DNA from: Eutreptiella sp. 'Long Island Sound 2002'
Lineage: Eukaryota; Protista; Euglenida
Assembly (NCBI GenBank): GCA_964036045.1
Contig: OZ038378.1
Location: 102,734,001-102,798,000 of the forward strand
Direction: 5' to 3'
DNA length: 64,000 bases
Part shown: positions 48,400 to 61,400 of the stretch, piece after piece
How positions within the stretch are numbered: position 1 is the stretch's first letter
Layout: every line of letters starts with the position of its first letter
The notes under the pieces: generated by a model
The model's input: the letters and a program-made list of their open reading frames with translations, nothing else
What the model was told of the DNA's origin: nothing
Database searches by the model: none
Made by a program: the position numbers and the translations under genes

Positions 48400-51300
48400 G
48401 ACTGTGTCCGGGAGCTGGTGGAGGCATTCAAGCGTAAACGTGCTGAGGTGGAGTTGGCCAAGAGACCAACGGCAACATCTTTGACAAGCCAGGCCATCGA
48501 CCGGTTGGGGAAGCAAACCTTGAGCTTTGGTCGGATGAACACAATGGTGGGAGCGCTAAAAGGACTGCGAGATGCCTCGTTGCATGCCGACGGCTGGTCC
48601 AAGAAAGTGTTCCTCCAAAAAATGTGGTGTTTGCTCCACATGGACGTCCTTAGAACAAGATCACATGTGTCCGTGGTGCCCAGGGCCCCGGTAGTGAATG
48701 TGACCTCCAGTGAGAAATCACAGCACCAATTGTAGGCGGCTCTAGCATAGGACACAGTGACACAGGCAGCCCCCACAAACGGCCCTAGTACTTGTTGCAT
48801 CTGCATAGATCTGGGTCATTGGGCGAACGACTGCCTGAAGAAGGGCCAGTCTGAATCCCACGTAGTGTGGGATGGGAACAAATTTTGAAGGCAAGCGGGT
48901 GGCACGGAGTGGGATGCCTCCCCGGAGCTATCGATTGCATGTCACTTGTGTGCAGTTAAGTTGTGGTCTCACAAGCCAATGGCCACACGCGCAGGGCAAA
49001 AATTGCCAACGGGATAGGTGGCAATGATCCTTCAAGGGGGCGGTGTGGAGGCACCCATCATTGCGGGCTGGGGACGCCGCGGCCCTCACGTGGGGGGACA
49101 TCTACAAAACAGAGTGGATTTGGTTTTCTGATGACAAGGTTTATAAAGTACGAGTTGCATACGAGCTGTCACCCTTCATGGAGTCATGGAGGTAGTACCG
49201 GCTCCCCCACATGCGAGCCTCAACCCACTTGTATCGAGGGGCACAACTGAACTTGAAACGTCCCTCCAAGCCCTTCTCAAGGATGAAGACTTGCCTTTGT
49301 CACATGGCATTCGTGGAGAAAGCTCGGGGCGGCTTTTTGCATTTTTCTCACGGGTACGGTGCTCCGTCTCGAGTGATAGGGTTGGTGGAGGAGCAAATAA
49401 CACCGGTGTTACTGTGTGGTCCCGGATTTCCGAATGTTGCCCTCCAGGACTCAACTCCCCTTGCTTATGGGCACAACGCTCTCTCACCTCACTGATGTTG
49501 AGTGCAAATTGGATGCGCCGGTTGAGCTTCGGCCTAGGGAATCGTTTCACGACTAGGCAAAAGCCCCAGCCAAGCTACCACCGGAATTTGAGCCCTGTCG
49601 CCACCGAGTGACAATTCGGACAGCCACTCCACGGAAGATGATGGCATGGCCAATTGGTTGTTCCGGAAAACGGTGCCGGAGGCCAATCACTTGTGTCCCA
49701 TGGAGGAGGGCCCACCACAAGGTTGGGTTGCTTCGCCCACTAGAGCCCTCTGCCCATGTGTCCATCTTCTGGAGGGGACGTGCTAGCCATCGTCTAGTTC
49801 GTCATTCGAAATTTCGATGTTTTTAGGCAAGTTGGGATCGTCCTAAATGTAGTCCACCTCCGTGTCCCTACTGCATCTAGACGGGAGGTTCTGCAATGGC
49901 CGAGTTATCTACAACCGCAAGTGGTGACGTTTTTGTAGGAGGGGTTGCCGTCGTGGATGCTGGTGTTGTCGGCTCAAATAGTGGTACGTCCGAGGGAAGT
50001 TGTGTCCATCTGCAAGATGCTGACATGGGCGGAGCACTAGCCGCCATCCTCCTCAGCTTCTCGTTCTGAATTGCCCAGCAGTGCCTGACTCCCATGGACA
50101 AGTGTCCGGTGCTCGGTACACCGGGTTTGCGTAGTGTGTCACACGATGCTGCATTGAGGGACCACCTGGAGAAGGCGGCGTCGGTGGTGGCAAAAAAGCT
50201 CCATGTTGGCTCATGGACTACATTCTTCGCACTAGGAGACTTGACGGATTTCGCTCAACAAGCCAACCACAGTGAGTTCGGACGACAAGATCAGAATGGG
50301 AACTATTCCCTTTTTGCCTAATTCTCGAGCGGAAGAACGAGGCCCGCTCATAGAGTCACCCACGGAGAGGCTCGTCGACAAACATCAACACAATGGAAAA
50401 AGATTCCAATCCGGGAGGAGCACCATGTTGGAGGAGAGAGGGGGATTGGACTTGGTCCGGTGGGGGCGATCCGATACCCACAAACGTGTTGGACAACCTG
50501 GTCCCCTCGAACTTGGACTAGGCGCTGCACCAGAGCGATGGGTGCCCCCACTGGAAGGACTTAGGACTAAAGGCGCCAACGGAACGTTCATTGGATGGGC
50601 TTGAGCGGCAGTTGGACAGACGTAAGCCAAATGCACGTGCTTGTGTCCATCCAAACTCACTCGAGAAGCACAGCTTGATGGTCAACATGGTGCCCACCAA
50701 TAGACGATGTTTGCGAGGCCGTTCTATTCCATTGCCAACACTAGACCAGCCGGCGATGGTAACGGCGGCGGCGTGGAAGCAGTAGGAGTTCAAATTTGCA
50801 AAGCGGGATTTTTAAATATGTTTTTGAGCTGCCGTATGCTGCAAGCATGCCAGCAGTCGGTCGGAATTGGGGTGGGAGGGAGAGTTTATTCTTTTCCATT
50901 CGTACCGTTTCGCTAGATCACAAGCCCAACCGCAGCTGGGTGCCTGCTTGCCATGTACCTCTTGGAGACCTTCCCTGGTGAAGCGGTGCTAGTGCAATAA
51001 ATGGATGACATCTTGATCATGGGTCAATAGGAGTGGAAGGTCAAGAAGCAGTCACAGGCGCTCGTTCGCGTCCTACAAGACGCGGGGTGGGTGATGAGCA
51101 AGGGATTGATGGTGGACCCAAACAGGGACACCATTTGGATGGGGAAAAGGCTGCATGGGGCCACACACACAATATCCAGCACGGGCCGTTATTTGGCCCA
51201 CGTGGTATTGGTTTGGCGGAGGCTGGCGACCACGGGTTACCATCGAACAATAATGCGCCGACTATTGGGCAAGTTTCAATGGCTCTTCAGACCATGATGG

Positions 51301-51580
51301 GGGTGTGGTTGTTTTATGACGGGCGCACATGCATGGCTCCACAAAGGGGCACTTATGGCAAAATGTACACCGCCAACTTCGCTGAAGTCCCTGGCAGAAG
51401 CATTTGGAGCAGCTATCGTTCCTTGGAGAGCACCAATTCCGAGGGATGACCATCCTTTACAAACCGCGAATGCAGCGGCACGACCGGGGGTTTATTTGGT
51501 GGTGAGGTGGAGTACCCTTATTCCCGCAGGTGGGCGGGATACTAGGGCAGGCGATGTTGGTCTCCACGCATCAATCTAGC
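48400..51580 (+). mobile_element. Decayed tyrosine-recombinase retrotransposon in gag-YR-RT-RH order (VIPER/TATE-like)
   Basis: Zinc knuckle CCICIDLGHWANDC (48793-48834). YR motifs LRAGDAAALTWGDI (49061), WHSWRKLGAA (49305), GWWRS and Tyr (49410). RT: KRDF*NMF, FPFVPF, *MDDILI (50998), WMGK, RRLLGKFQW. An RNase H-like remnant follows. Confidence 0.8.
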
Positions 51581-51749
51581 GGCGGCATTCTGTGTCGTGC
51601 ATCGAAAAGCTAAATGAAGCCGTTCGGCGCACCATAGATTTCTCATACGGCTACATCATATGTTACGATGTTGAGGAATTCGTGTCGACTGTTGTTGCAT
51701 AGCGGGTGTATGTAACAAAGTTGATGCCGTGTCTCGATGGTGGAACTTC

Positions 51750-52430
51750 AGCACGGCGTTGCAGTGCGACTTGGCGGCCTAGCGCATTCACGGTGTGATG
51801 GCCTCCTAGGCTCTTTCGCACCTTTATATTGGCTTAGTAACTTATCGAGCAGAAGCCCGCGTTCTTTGGATTTTTGCTTCTCAACCATACGGGGGGGGGT
51901 TATGGGATCCGACCTTGACGCCTGCGGGTTATAGGCGTCAAGAGTGCGCATAGCGCATATGGCATGTAGAAGAGGCCACTCCGCTGTAGTGACAAATTGA
52001 TTGTTGCCACCCTTGTGTGTGGTCCGTTCCTCTTCGCGTAGCACAATGGATGTTAGCAAGCGGAGCGAGCTAGTAACGGTTTGCTGCATGTATAATGGAG
52101 CGTTGTGTGTTTTGGTGGCATTGGTATTCTTGAACCCCGAGTTTTTACCCCCCACCCACCCACCTATAGCATTGTCCATTAGAGGCAGCTTGTGCAAGTT
52201 ACTGATGCAAACACGTAAGGCCCGATTATTGAGGTTAATGCCGTGTAATGGGGAATTGTTTGTTGCCCGCTTGGTGCATGATCCGTTCCTTTTGCATAGG
52301 GAAAGCACTTATACAACTTCTTAAGTTAGAGAGCAACAAATTTGAAACAATGTCAAAACTCACTCGTACAGTTTTTCTTACTTCCCTTCCCCTCCGCAAT
52401 CTCAAACCAGTGCCTGCTGCGGAAGCAAAG
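51750..52430 (-). pseudogene. Possible hAT transposase remnant
   Basis: FPITRH (compare hAT TRW) and AEWPLLHAIC (compare hAT insertion-domain W..L) in broken frames. Weak. Confidence 0.25.
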
Positions 52431-54339
52431 GACACAAATCACCCCGAAGAGAGGTTGGTGCATCAAGCACAGGCGCGGGTGTCGTATACCCGCCAATTGC
52501 GGTTGTAGTTCGCGTAGCGTACCCCAAGCTTGGGGATGGGATGTCCAACCCCTTGTAGAATCATCATTTTGGGACAGAAAAGGACCCCGCAACGAATTTT
52601 CATTTTGCTACCCCCCCAACCCACCCCCACTGTGCCCATGTAACCTATTTTTGGGGAGGGGGTGTGGCCATTGGGGGTGGGTCAAATCTTCTTTGCGTAT
52701 TGCGGCCGGTATGTTTCGATTTAAACCTTACTCCTGGACAACTCTTTTTTTGTATATGGGCGTGCTAACTTATGGGGAGGGTCCTGGGTACCCCCGGTTG
52801 GCCCCATTATGGGCCCTTGCCGGCGAGGATTTTGCCGCTTTCACACTGCATAGGCTATTTGGTGTCACCTCAAATCACCTCGCAACCTTTGTTCGATGAA
52901 AGGCAAGCAGGCTTGCAAATAGGGTAAAACACCACGTACGCCCCCCCCCCCCCCACCCCTTGTGGCTCATTCGGGAACCCGAGATTATTTTTCCGATTAC
53001 TCGTTCTAAAATCATTATTTGGTCCAACCAATGCATTTGCCAATGATTTTTTGGTCCGGACCTCTCCCCCCCAAGTGTAACCGGGTTTTGTTTTGAGGCA
53101 GGCGGGTGAGGTCGTGGGGGTGGTGGGGGGTCACATATGTTGAAACCATGACCTCCCCTTTGGGGGTCAAAAATCATGATTTTGTTGGTTGTCTTTCGAT
53201 TTTCATTTCAAAAAAAGTCTTTGGCTCTTAATTGCATTGGGCGACCTTAGTCACCCTGTGGTATCTTTGAAGGGTACAAATTGGGATGTAGTCATCATGT
53301 TCACGTACTATGATCCAAAAGGACTTTTTTTTTGCGGACTCCAGCCTTGCCTATGGCGGGTCATGGTTACTGTGAAAGACAGGAAATGAACATCCTTCTA
53401 AAAAAGGTGTGGAGTTTTCGGTCGTTATTCTTCATCGACCTCTTTGGCCACTTTGATGACCCTGTGGTACCCACTCTACGGGGCTCCAGTGGGGACGTTG
53501 TGACGGCATATGCCTACTAGGCTACATAAGGACGTTTCTTGCAAGCTCTTGCCTTGTTGAGTGTTGCTCGTGGCCGGTGTGAAATATACAAAATCATTAT
53601 TTTCACCAATACGGCTTGCATGTATACATGTGGTAGTACACATCGTGCTAATGGCGCTTTTCACATTAGGACTCAAAAATCGAAATCACCCAGAGGGTGT
53701 TAGATCAAAGCCAAGCAGGCTTGTACATATTGAAGAACGCCACATACCCCCCCCCCCCCCAATCTGGACCTTGTTGGGCTTTTTTGCGTACCCTACCGCA
53801 AGGGGTTGAATTGTCAATTTAAACCCTTGCAAAATCATTATTTTTTCAAAAAAACACATCTCTCAATGAGTTTTTGGTTGGGACCCCCCCCCACTTGAAT
53901 TCCACTTTTTGGAGGGGGGGGGGGGCTCCACAAATTCGAAAAATGACCCCCCTCCCTTTTCTGGTGTCCAAAATCATGAAGGTTTTGGTTTGTTTCGATT
54001 TTGAACTGAAAAAGCGGTTTGGGGTCCCGAATCCATGGGTTTTTTATGAGGCAGAATAGGACGAGCGCAGTTGCAGTTTGTGAAGTTGTTGGTCGTTTTT
54101 TTTGTATCCTCTTTTTTGGGAACGTCAGTGACCTTGTGGTACGCACTGTAAGGGGTGCAAGCGGGGATGTTGTGACTGGATACGCCTTCTAGGATAGGAA
54201 AGGACAATTTTCGCATTCTGTACCCTAGCCGAGGGGCGATCCCAACTCGTGCCAAATACACCCAATGATTTTTTCCACCACTGATGGCCTACATGAGGTA
54301 CATAGGCGGCTAATGCAACTTTTCATGGTGCTACAATTA

Positions 54340-55274
54340 TATGATTACATTGGTGCGACGTTTTTTTTTTATGCCGATCATTTTTGTCGCTGAGAGAATC
54401 CACAATGATTTGGAAGTTGCAGATGAGGTTCCAACACACGTGAAGTGTATTATAATGAAGAAGACCACATTGGCACTATGTCCTAATCTCAGCAAACTAG
54501 TGCAACCTCTTTGTCATCACTATTAACCACAAAAGTGTGGCAAATGCACCAAGCCATGTTGTCTAGTGTGGAGTCAAATTGAACCATTTGCATCCACCCG
54601 GATGCAACTGCAAGAGGCCACGCACTTCGTTCATCGATTTCCATGTGGTAGAGCTCTTGGTTCAACCAACAAAAAATATCCTTGTCCGTCAACCAATCGC
54701 CCACCCCCAAAAGGGTCAGGATGGTACTCCACGTTTGGATGTGGGAGGGTAGACAGGGGGCGCACTTGGTAAGCCCTCCTTTCCCATCACCTGTTGCCGT
54801 GGCACAGGGGCCGTAGGAGGAGGCGCAAAAAGGTGCACCTCAACATCAGATAACTAGACCTCTTTTTTCTTCACCTCCTTACTCAAGGGGGAAGGCCAAA
54901 AAAGGATTCGAAAGACTGTCCAACTCCGGACCACCAGACACGGGCTCCTTTGGCAAGGTGCTAGTTTGTGTGTGCCTTTGACGGTCGTGTGTGGTTGGAG
55001 TGTTTCATTGTCTGGGTTTGGGAACCCTTGAGCTTCATTCATTTGATCCGTCCTTTCTTATCGGAGCTTAGGACAGCTTTGCTTGACCACTAAGCAACGG
55101 GCCTTTGGATTCCAAAAGGACGGTTGGTCTTGTGGTTTTCACAGCCTGCACCTCACAAATTTGGTGGTGGAACACCGGGGTCCGATTGGTCCAAGTTTTG
55201 TGGATTATGCTTTGAGCATTGTTCATGTTGATCGCACTGTGCGGGTCATTGAAGTGATAAGTGATGATTTATAG
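54340..55274. pseudogene. Ulp1-like (C48) cysteine protease fragment split by an internal inversion
   Basis: Minus strand 54493-54960: WLTDKDIFCWL...FVVNSDDKE..LH*F. Plus strand from 54961: *FVCAFD...WVWEPL...GFQKDGWSCGF (catalytic Q/C motif). Confidence 0.7.
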
Positions 55275-56599
55275 GGCGTGAGTGAGCTTCCTTGCCCACA
55301 TGAGTCCCCCCCTCCCCGCCGCACCCAAGTTGAAGGTGCACTGTCGGGGATTGAGGAGAGTCTTCGCGCCACCTCCACGCCACTCAAGGATGCCGAGCCA
55401 AGCGTGGAAGGTCCGGAGGCCAAGGCGCAACTATCCATGCCCCCTCCTGCCACAAAGGAGGACACCCACCCCAAGGTCCTCATCCGTGGAGACTAGCGCA
55501 ATGTACCGGAAGGCTACCCCAAAGATGCATGTGGCCAACTGGAGTGTGACCAGCAGTTAATCAATGAGCTAAGTAGCTGGGTTGCGCCTGGTTTGTCAGC
55601 TGAATGCCACATGTGGCTCAAACCCCAAGTCCAACGACACAAAAGCTAACCTCATCTGGAAGCGTACATTCTGCAACTACTTGTAGCGGGTGCATGTTGT
55701 GTAGCGTAATGTTTTCCTCTGACTATTTGGTGTACCGATGTGTTGTCCTCAACTGCAGCATTCACATCAGGACACGGCAACTATACAGTGCTCACAGTCT
55801 GCAACGATGCCGGATGCCATGGGTGTCGCAGATTTGGTTGTGCCCGCGGTATGGCAAAAAGAAAGACATGTGGTAGAATTGTTTTCACTAATTGATTGAG
55901 CTTGCTTCACGGTTCACGGTAGCGTAGAGGCACACTTGTTTGATATGGCAGAAGCCACACATGCACTCAAGAAATAAGTAAAAAACTTCCAACAAAAAGA
56001 ACCCACCCTCCTTTGTGACAAATGGAACTCGTGTACAAAGAAGTCATCAAGTCGTGTTACTTTTTTTTGGCGGTAAGTTGTGTAAATTATCCAAGAAAAA
56101 TTGAAAGAATTGCAAGTTTTGCATTACATGCGCAATATGTACAAATGCTTGTTCCGTACGGCACCACATAGCAACTCAAACGATGGGATGCCGAGTCCAC
56201 AAAAGCACCAAGTACCTTGTGTGGCCACCAAATAGTTGGGACTCGGCCAATCTAAGATAGTATCACATGGTGTCATTGGCACTAGAAACAAAATTAGGCT
56301 CAAGAAAATTGTATGTGCCGATTTTGCTAGAAACTGGACACAACAACTTTTTTTTTGAATGAAATAACGTCTTGGCCTACAATGGTGGCACTAACATTGT
56401 TCATGGGGCATGTCGGGTTTTCACTTCCGGGGGGGGCGGGGGGGGGGGGTCAATACAGCCCCCCAAAACTCGGGGGGGGGGTCGGGAAAAGGGCCCAATT
56501 GACAGACACCATTCTCACTGATGAAAAGGTTAGGATCCACATTTTTCAAGATTTTCTTTCTTGAAAATTTTGTCCCCTTTGCACGCACCCATGCTCATG

Positions 56600-56765
56600 T
56601 GCCTCTCTGCCCATGCCAGTGGTGATGCATCTGATGGGGATGACATTCTGATTTGGGAGGGTGCACATTGTGCCACGGTTGGTTGATGGCACCAATTGTG
56701 CCTGACACCTCCTCTCCAAAAGATTCCTACGGGTTGTTGTTTGTGTCCTGAGTGTGTTTCTGCAC
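56600..56765 (+). pseudogene. Decayed PHD finger followed by a Ser-rich tract
   Basis: DDILIWEGAHC...WHQLCLTPPLQKIPTGCCLCPEC matches the PHD pattern LLxCDxC...H..CL.PPL..IP.G.W.CP.C. Confidence 0.7.
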
Positions 56766-57339
56766 AGGTTGGACCAAGTAGCCGCTTGGCTGATCCTGAC
56801 TATGCACCATCGACGACTGCATCCTCGAGCTCGAGCTCTTCTAGCTCCACCGCTGCCTCTACCTGTGACCTCAGCTCCGACTCTAACTCTAGCTCTAGCT
56901 CTGACTCTAACTGTGCTTCCAACTGCGACAATGTCGCTGACTCTGCTAGCTCTGTGTGACTCTGCTGGCGACTGTGAGTCTGACTAGCTCATGTGGTTCT
57001 ATTGGGAGGCCATGGTGGGGCGCTACATACATGTAGCCGGAATTAACGAGGGGCCTTGTGCCCACTGACATTGGAACCACGGATGTCCATGGGTTGGTTT
57101 GTGGGGCATTTTGGGAGTCTCGTCAATTGAGCCCCTTTTGGGGTGGGTCCGGCCGGAGGGCTCCATCGACGCCCCCCCCCCCCCCCGGAAACGAAAACCC
57201 GGCCTCTAGGCCGTGTCACAACTCTTTTTCTTTTCTTGAGCCCACTTTTGTTCCTAATGCGGGCACGCTGATGTTGGCCATGGCCATGTCAGGACTGACC
57301 ATTGCGGTTACGCTAGGAATTTGTTATCTTCGGTCCGAT

Positions 57340-57520
57340 GCCACCCATACGTCCGGACATCCCCAGTCTTGCTTATTTTGATCACCTCTGTTTCCCTAGG
57401 ACTTTTTTTCCAGTCACCCATATGTCAAGACATCCCCTGTTGTGCTTATTTTGATCACGGCTGTTTCACCAGGAATCTTTTGCTGTCTGGTGCAACCCAT
57501 ATGTCCAGACCAAGCAGCCT
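57340..57520. repeat. ~75-bp tandem repeat, about 2.5 copies
   Basis: acccata.gtc..gac near 57343, 57417 and 57497; gcttattttgatcac occurs twice. Confidence 0.75.
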
Positions 57521-57959
57521 ACAAGCATCAAACAAATCATACATTGTGGTCATTTCCTAACGAAATGTGCAATGACCCTTTGCAAAAAAAACTCTTGCGC
57601 CCGTGCATTTGCAAATAATGACCATGGCAAAAGGACTGCAATTCTTTGACGATCCATTCATGGATGGTGCGCCGCTTAATTAAATTGCAGACGGTAATGT
57701 CCACAACAAATTGGAAATTCAGATAGCTTGGCACCATCACGGGCTCAGGTCAGGTGACTATTGTGGGGACACATTCAACAACGGAACTACACAGACGGAA
57801 ATCAGCAATTACTCAATGTACCTCAGAGTTGATGTAAAAAGGAACGAGTGAAGTGCAAAGGCTTGGATTGAGGTCAAGGCTTATCCAAAGTGTGGTGGCT
57901 ATAGCATAGCTCTTTGAAAAAGTTTCCCAAAATTTCATGAAAACTTTCGAAAAAACGTG

Positions 57960-58320
57960 TATCATCATAGGGGCCTGTACACCGCTTAATGATTTGGCAC
58001 AAGGGGTGTAGACCCCTTTATTATTTGGTGTACGGGGTGTACAACCCTTTATGATTCGGCGCAAGGGTTGCACCGAATCATAGACCATCTGATTGGGTGC
58101 AAGGGGTCCAGACACCGTTGCAATGCGGTGCAAGGGGTGCACCAAATCTTCGAGGGGTGCACACCACTTTATGATTTTGCACAAGGGGTGTGGACGCCTT
58201 TCTGATTTGGCGCAAGGGCTCTGAGCCCGAGTATGATTTGGCGTAGAGTGTCTAGACCCCTGCATGATTGTGGCACTAGGGATCTAGATGCCTTTATGAT
58301 TTTTGGCAAGGGATGCGCCA
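57960..58320. repeat. Degenerate ~31-bp minisatellite
   Basis: An atgatttggcgcaaggggtgtagaccccttt-like unit repeated about 10 times. Confidence 0.75.
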
Positions 58321-58449
58321 AATCTAGGGCCGTCCTTAAGGGACCAGGTTTTTTTTTTGATAAGGACAGCCCTTAAGGACAGCCCCTAGAGGCCTTTTCC
58401 CCCCGGCCGAACGTGGGCCATGTCTACCCCCCCCGGCCCTCTTTTGGGC

Positions 58450-61400
58450 ACCACTGCTGATTTTGCCCCCCGCTCTGAAGCGGTGGGGATCCCCGATACG
58501 GCAGGGGTGAGGTAGCCAATCTGCCCATTTGTGGGCCACTGCTGATTTTGCCCCCCGCTCTGAAGCGGTGGGGCTCCCGGATACGGCAGGGGTGAGGTAG
58601 CCAATTTGCCCACTTGTGCGCCATCTGATTTTGCCTCTCGCTCTGAAGCGGTGGGGCTCCCCGATACGGCACGGGTGAGGTAGCCAATTTGCCCACTTGT
58701 GGGCCACTTCTGATTTTGCCCCCCGCTCTGAAGCGGTGGGGCTCCCCGATACGGCAGGGGTGAGGTAGCCAATTTGCCCACTTGTGGGCCACTTCTGATT
58801 TTGCTCCCTGCTCTGAAGCGGTGGGGCTTCCCGATACAGCAGGGGTGAGGTAGCCAATTTGCCCCCTTGTGGGCCACTTCTGATTTTGCCCCCCGCTCTA
58901 AAGCGGTGGGGCTCCCGGATACGGCAGGGGTGAGGTAGCCAATTTGCCCACTTGTGGGCCACTTTTGATTTTGCCCCTCGCTCTGAAGCGGTGGGGCTCC
59001 CGGATACGGCATGGGTGAGGTAGCCAATTTGCCCACTTGTGGGCCACTTCTGATTTTGCCCCCCGCTGTGAACCGGTGGGGCTCCCGGATACGGCAGGGG
59101 TGAGGTAGCCAATTTGCCCACTTGTGGGCCACTTTTGATTTTGCCCCTCGCTCTGAAGCGGTGGGGCTCCCGGATACGGCAGGGGTGAGGTAGCCAATTT
59201 GCCCACTTGTGGGCCACTTCTGATTTTGCCCCCCGCTCTGAAGCGGTGGGGCTCCCCGATACGGCAGGGGTGAGGTAGCCAATTTGCGCACTTGTGGGCC
59301 ACTTCTGATTTTCCTTCTGCTCTGAAGCGGTTGGGCTCCCCGATACGGCAGGGGTGAGGTAGCCAATTTGCCCACATGTGGGCCACTTTTGATTTTGCCC
59401 CCCGCTCTGAAGCGGTGGGGCTCCCCGATGGGGCAGGGGTGAGGTAGCCAATTCGCCCACTTGTGGGCCACTTCTGATTTTGCCCCCCGCTCTGCAGCGG
59501 TGGGGCTCCCCGATACGGCAGGGGTGAGGTAGCCAATTTGCCCACTTGTGGGCCACTTTTGATTTTGCCCCCCGCTCTGAAGCGGTGGGGCTCCCCGATA
59601 CGGCAGGGGTGAGGTAGCCAATTTGCCCACTTGTGGGCCACTTCTGATTTTGCCCCCCGCTCTGAAGCAGTGGGGCTCCCGGATACGGCAGGGGTGAGGT
59701 AGCCAATTTGCCCACTTGTGGGCCACTCCTGATTTTGCCCCCCGCTCTGAAGCGGTGGGGCTCCCCGATACGGCAGGGGTGAGGTAGCCATTTCGCCCAC
59801 TTGTGGGCCACTTCTGATTTTGCCCCCCGCTCTGCAGTGGTGGGGCTCCCCGAGACGGCAGGGGTGAGGTAGCCAATTTGCCCACTTGTGGGCCACTTCT
59901 GATTTTGCCCCCCGCTCTGAAGCGGTGGGGCTCCCCGATATAGCAGGGGTGAGGTAGCCATTTCGCCCACTTGTGGGCCACTTCTGATTTTGCCCCCCGC
60001 TCTGAAGCGGTGGGGCTCCCCTATACAGCAGGGGTGAGGTAGCCAATTTGCCCACTTGTGGGCCACTTCTGATTTTGCCCCCCGCTCTGAAGCGTTGGGG
60101 CTCCCGGATACGGCAGGGGTGAGGTAGCCAATTTGCCCACTTGTGGGCCTCTTCTGATTTTCCCCCCCGCTCTAAAGCGGTGGGGCTCCCGGATACGGCA
60201 AGGGTGAGGCAGCCATTTCGCCCACTTGTGGGCCACTTCTGATTTTGCCCCCCGCTCTGAAGCGGTGGGGCTCCCCGATACGGCAGGGGTGAGGTAGCCA
60301 ATTTGCCCACTTGTGGGCCACTTTTGATTTTGCCCCCCGCTCTGAAGCGGTGGGGCTCCCCGATACGGCGGGGGTGAGGTAGCCAATTTGCCCACTTGTG
60401 GGCCACTTCTGATTTTGCCCCCCGCTCTGAAGCGGTGGGGCTCCCCGATACGGCAGGGGTGAGGTAGCCATTTCGCCCACTTGTGGGCCACTTCTGATTT
60501 TGCCCCCCGCTCTGAAGCGGTGGGGCTCCCCGATACGGCAGGGGTGAGGTAGCCAATTTGCCCACTTGTTGGCCACTTTTGATTTTGCCCCCGGCTCTGA
60601 AGCGGTGGGGCTCCCCGATACGGCGGGGGTGAGGTAGCCAATTCGCCCACTTGTGGGCCACTTCTGATTTTGCCCCCCGCTCTGAAGCGGTGGGGCTCCC
60701 CGATACGGCAGGGGTGAGGTAGCCATTTCGCCCACTTGTGGGCCACTTCTGATTTTGCCCCCCGCTCTGCAGCGGTGCTGCTCCCCGATACGGCAGGGGT
60801 GAGGTAGCCAATTTGCGCACTTGTGGGCCACTTCTGATTTTGCCCCCCGCTCTGAAGCGGTGGGGCTCCCCGATACGGCAGGGATTGAGGTAGCCAATTC
60901 GCCCACTTGTGGGCCACTTCTGATTTTGCCCCCCGCTGTGAAGCGGTGGGGCCCCCCGACACGGCAGGGGTGAGGTAGCCAATTTGCCCACCTTTGGGCC
61001 ACTTCTGATTTTGCCCCCCGCTCTGAAGCGGTGGGGCTCCCCGATACGGCAGGGGTGAGGTAGCCAATTTGCCCACTTGTGGGCCACTTTTGATTTTGCC
61101 CCCGGCTCTGAAGCGGTGGGGCTCCCCGATACGGCGGGGGTGAGGTAGCCAATTCGCCCACTTGTGGGCCACTTCTGATTTTGCCCCCCGCTCTGAAGCG
61201 GTGGGGCTCCCCGATACGGCAGGGGTGAGGTAGCCATTTCGCCCACTTGTGGGCCACTTCTGATTTTGCCCCCCGCTCTGCAGCGGTGGGGCTCCCCGAT
61301 ACGGCAGGGGTGAGGTAGCCAATTTGCCCACTTGTGGGCCACTTTTGATTTTGCCCCCCGCTCTGAAGCGGTGGGGCTCCCCGATACGGCAGGGGTGAGG

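Noticed and set aside
52540-54010. Clusters of poly-G/C tracts and aaaatcat-type motifs (also 46.3-46.7 kb and 10.5-11.1 kb)
   Set aside because: Probably decayed MITE or transposon ends, but I could not pair termini or find TSDs, so they are not annotated as elements.
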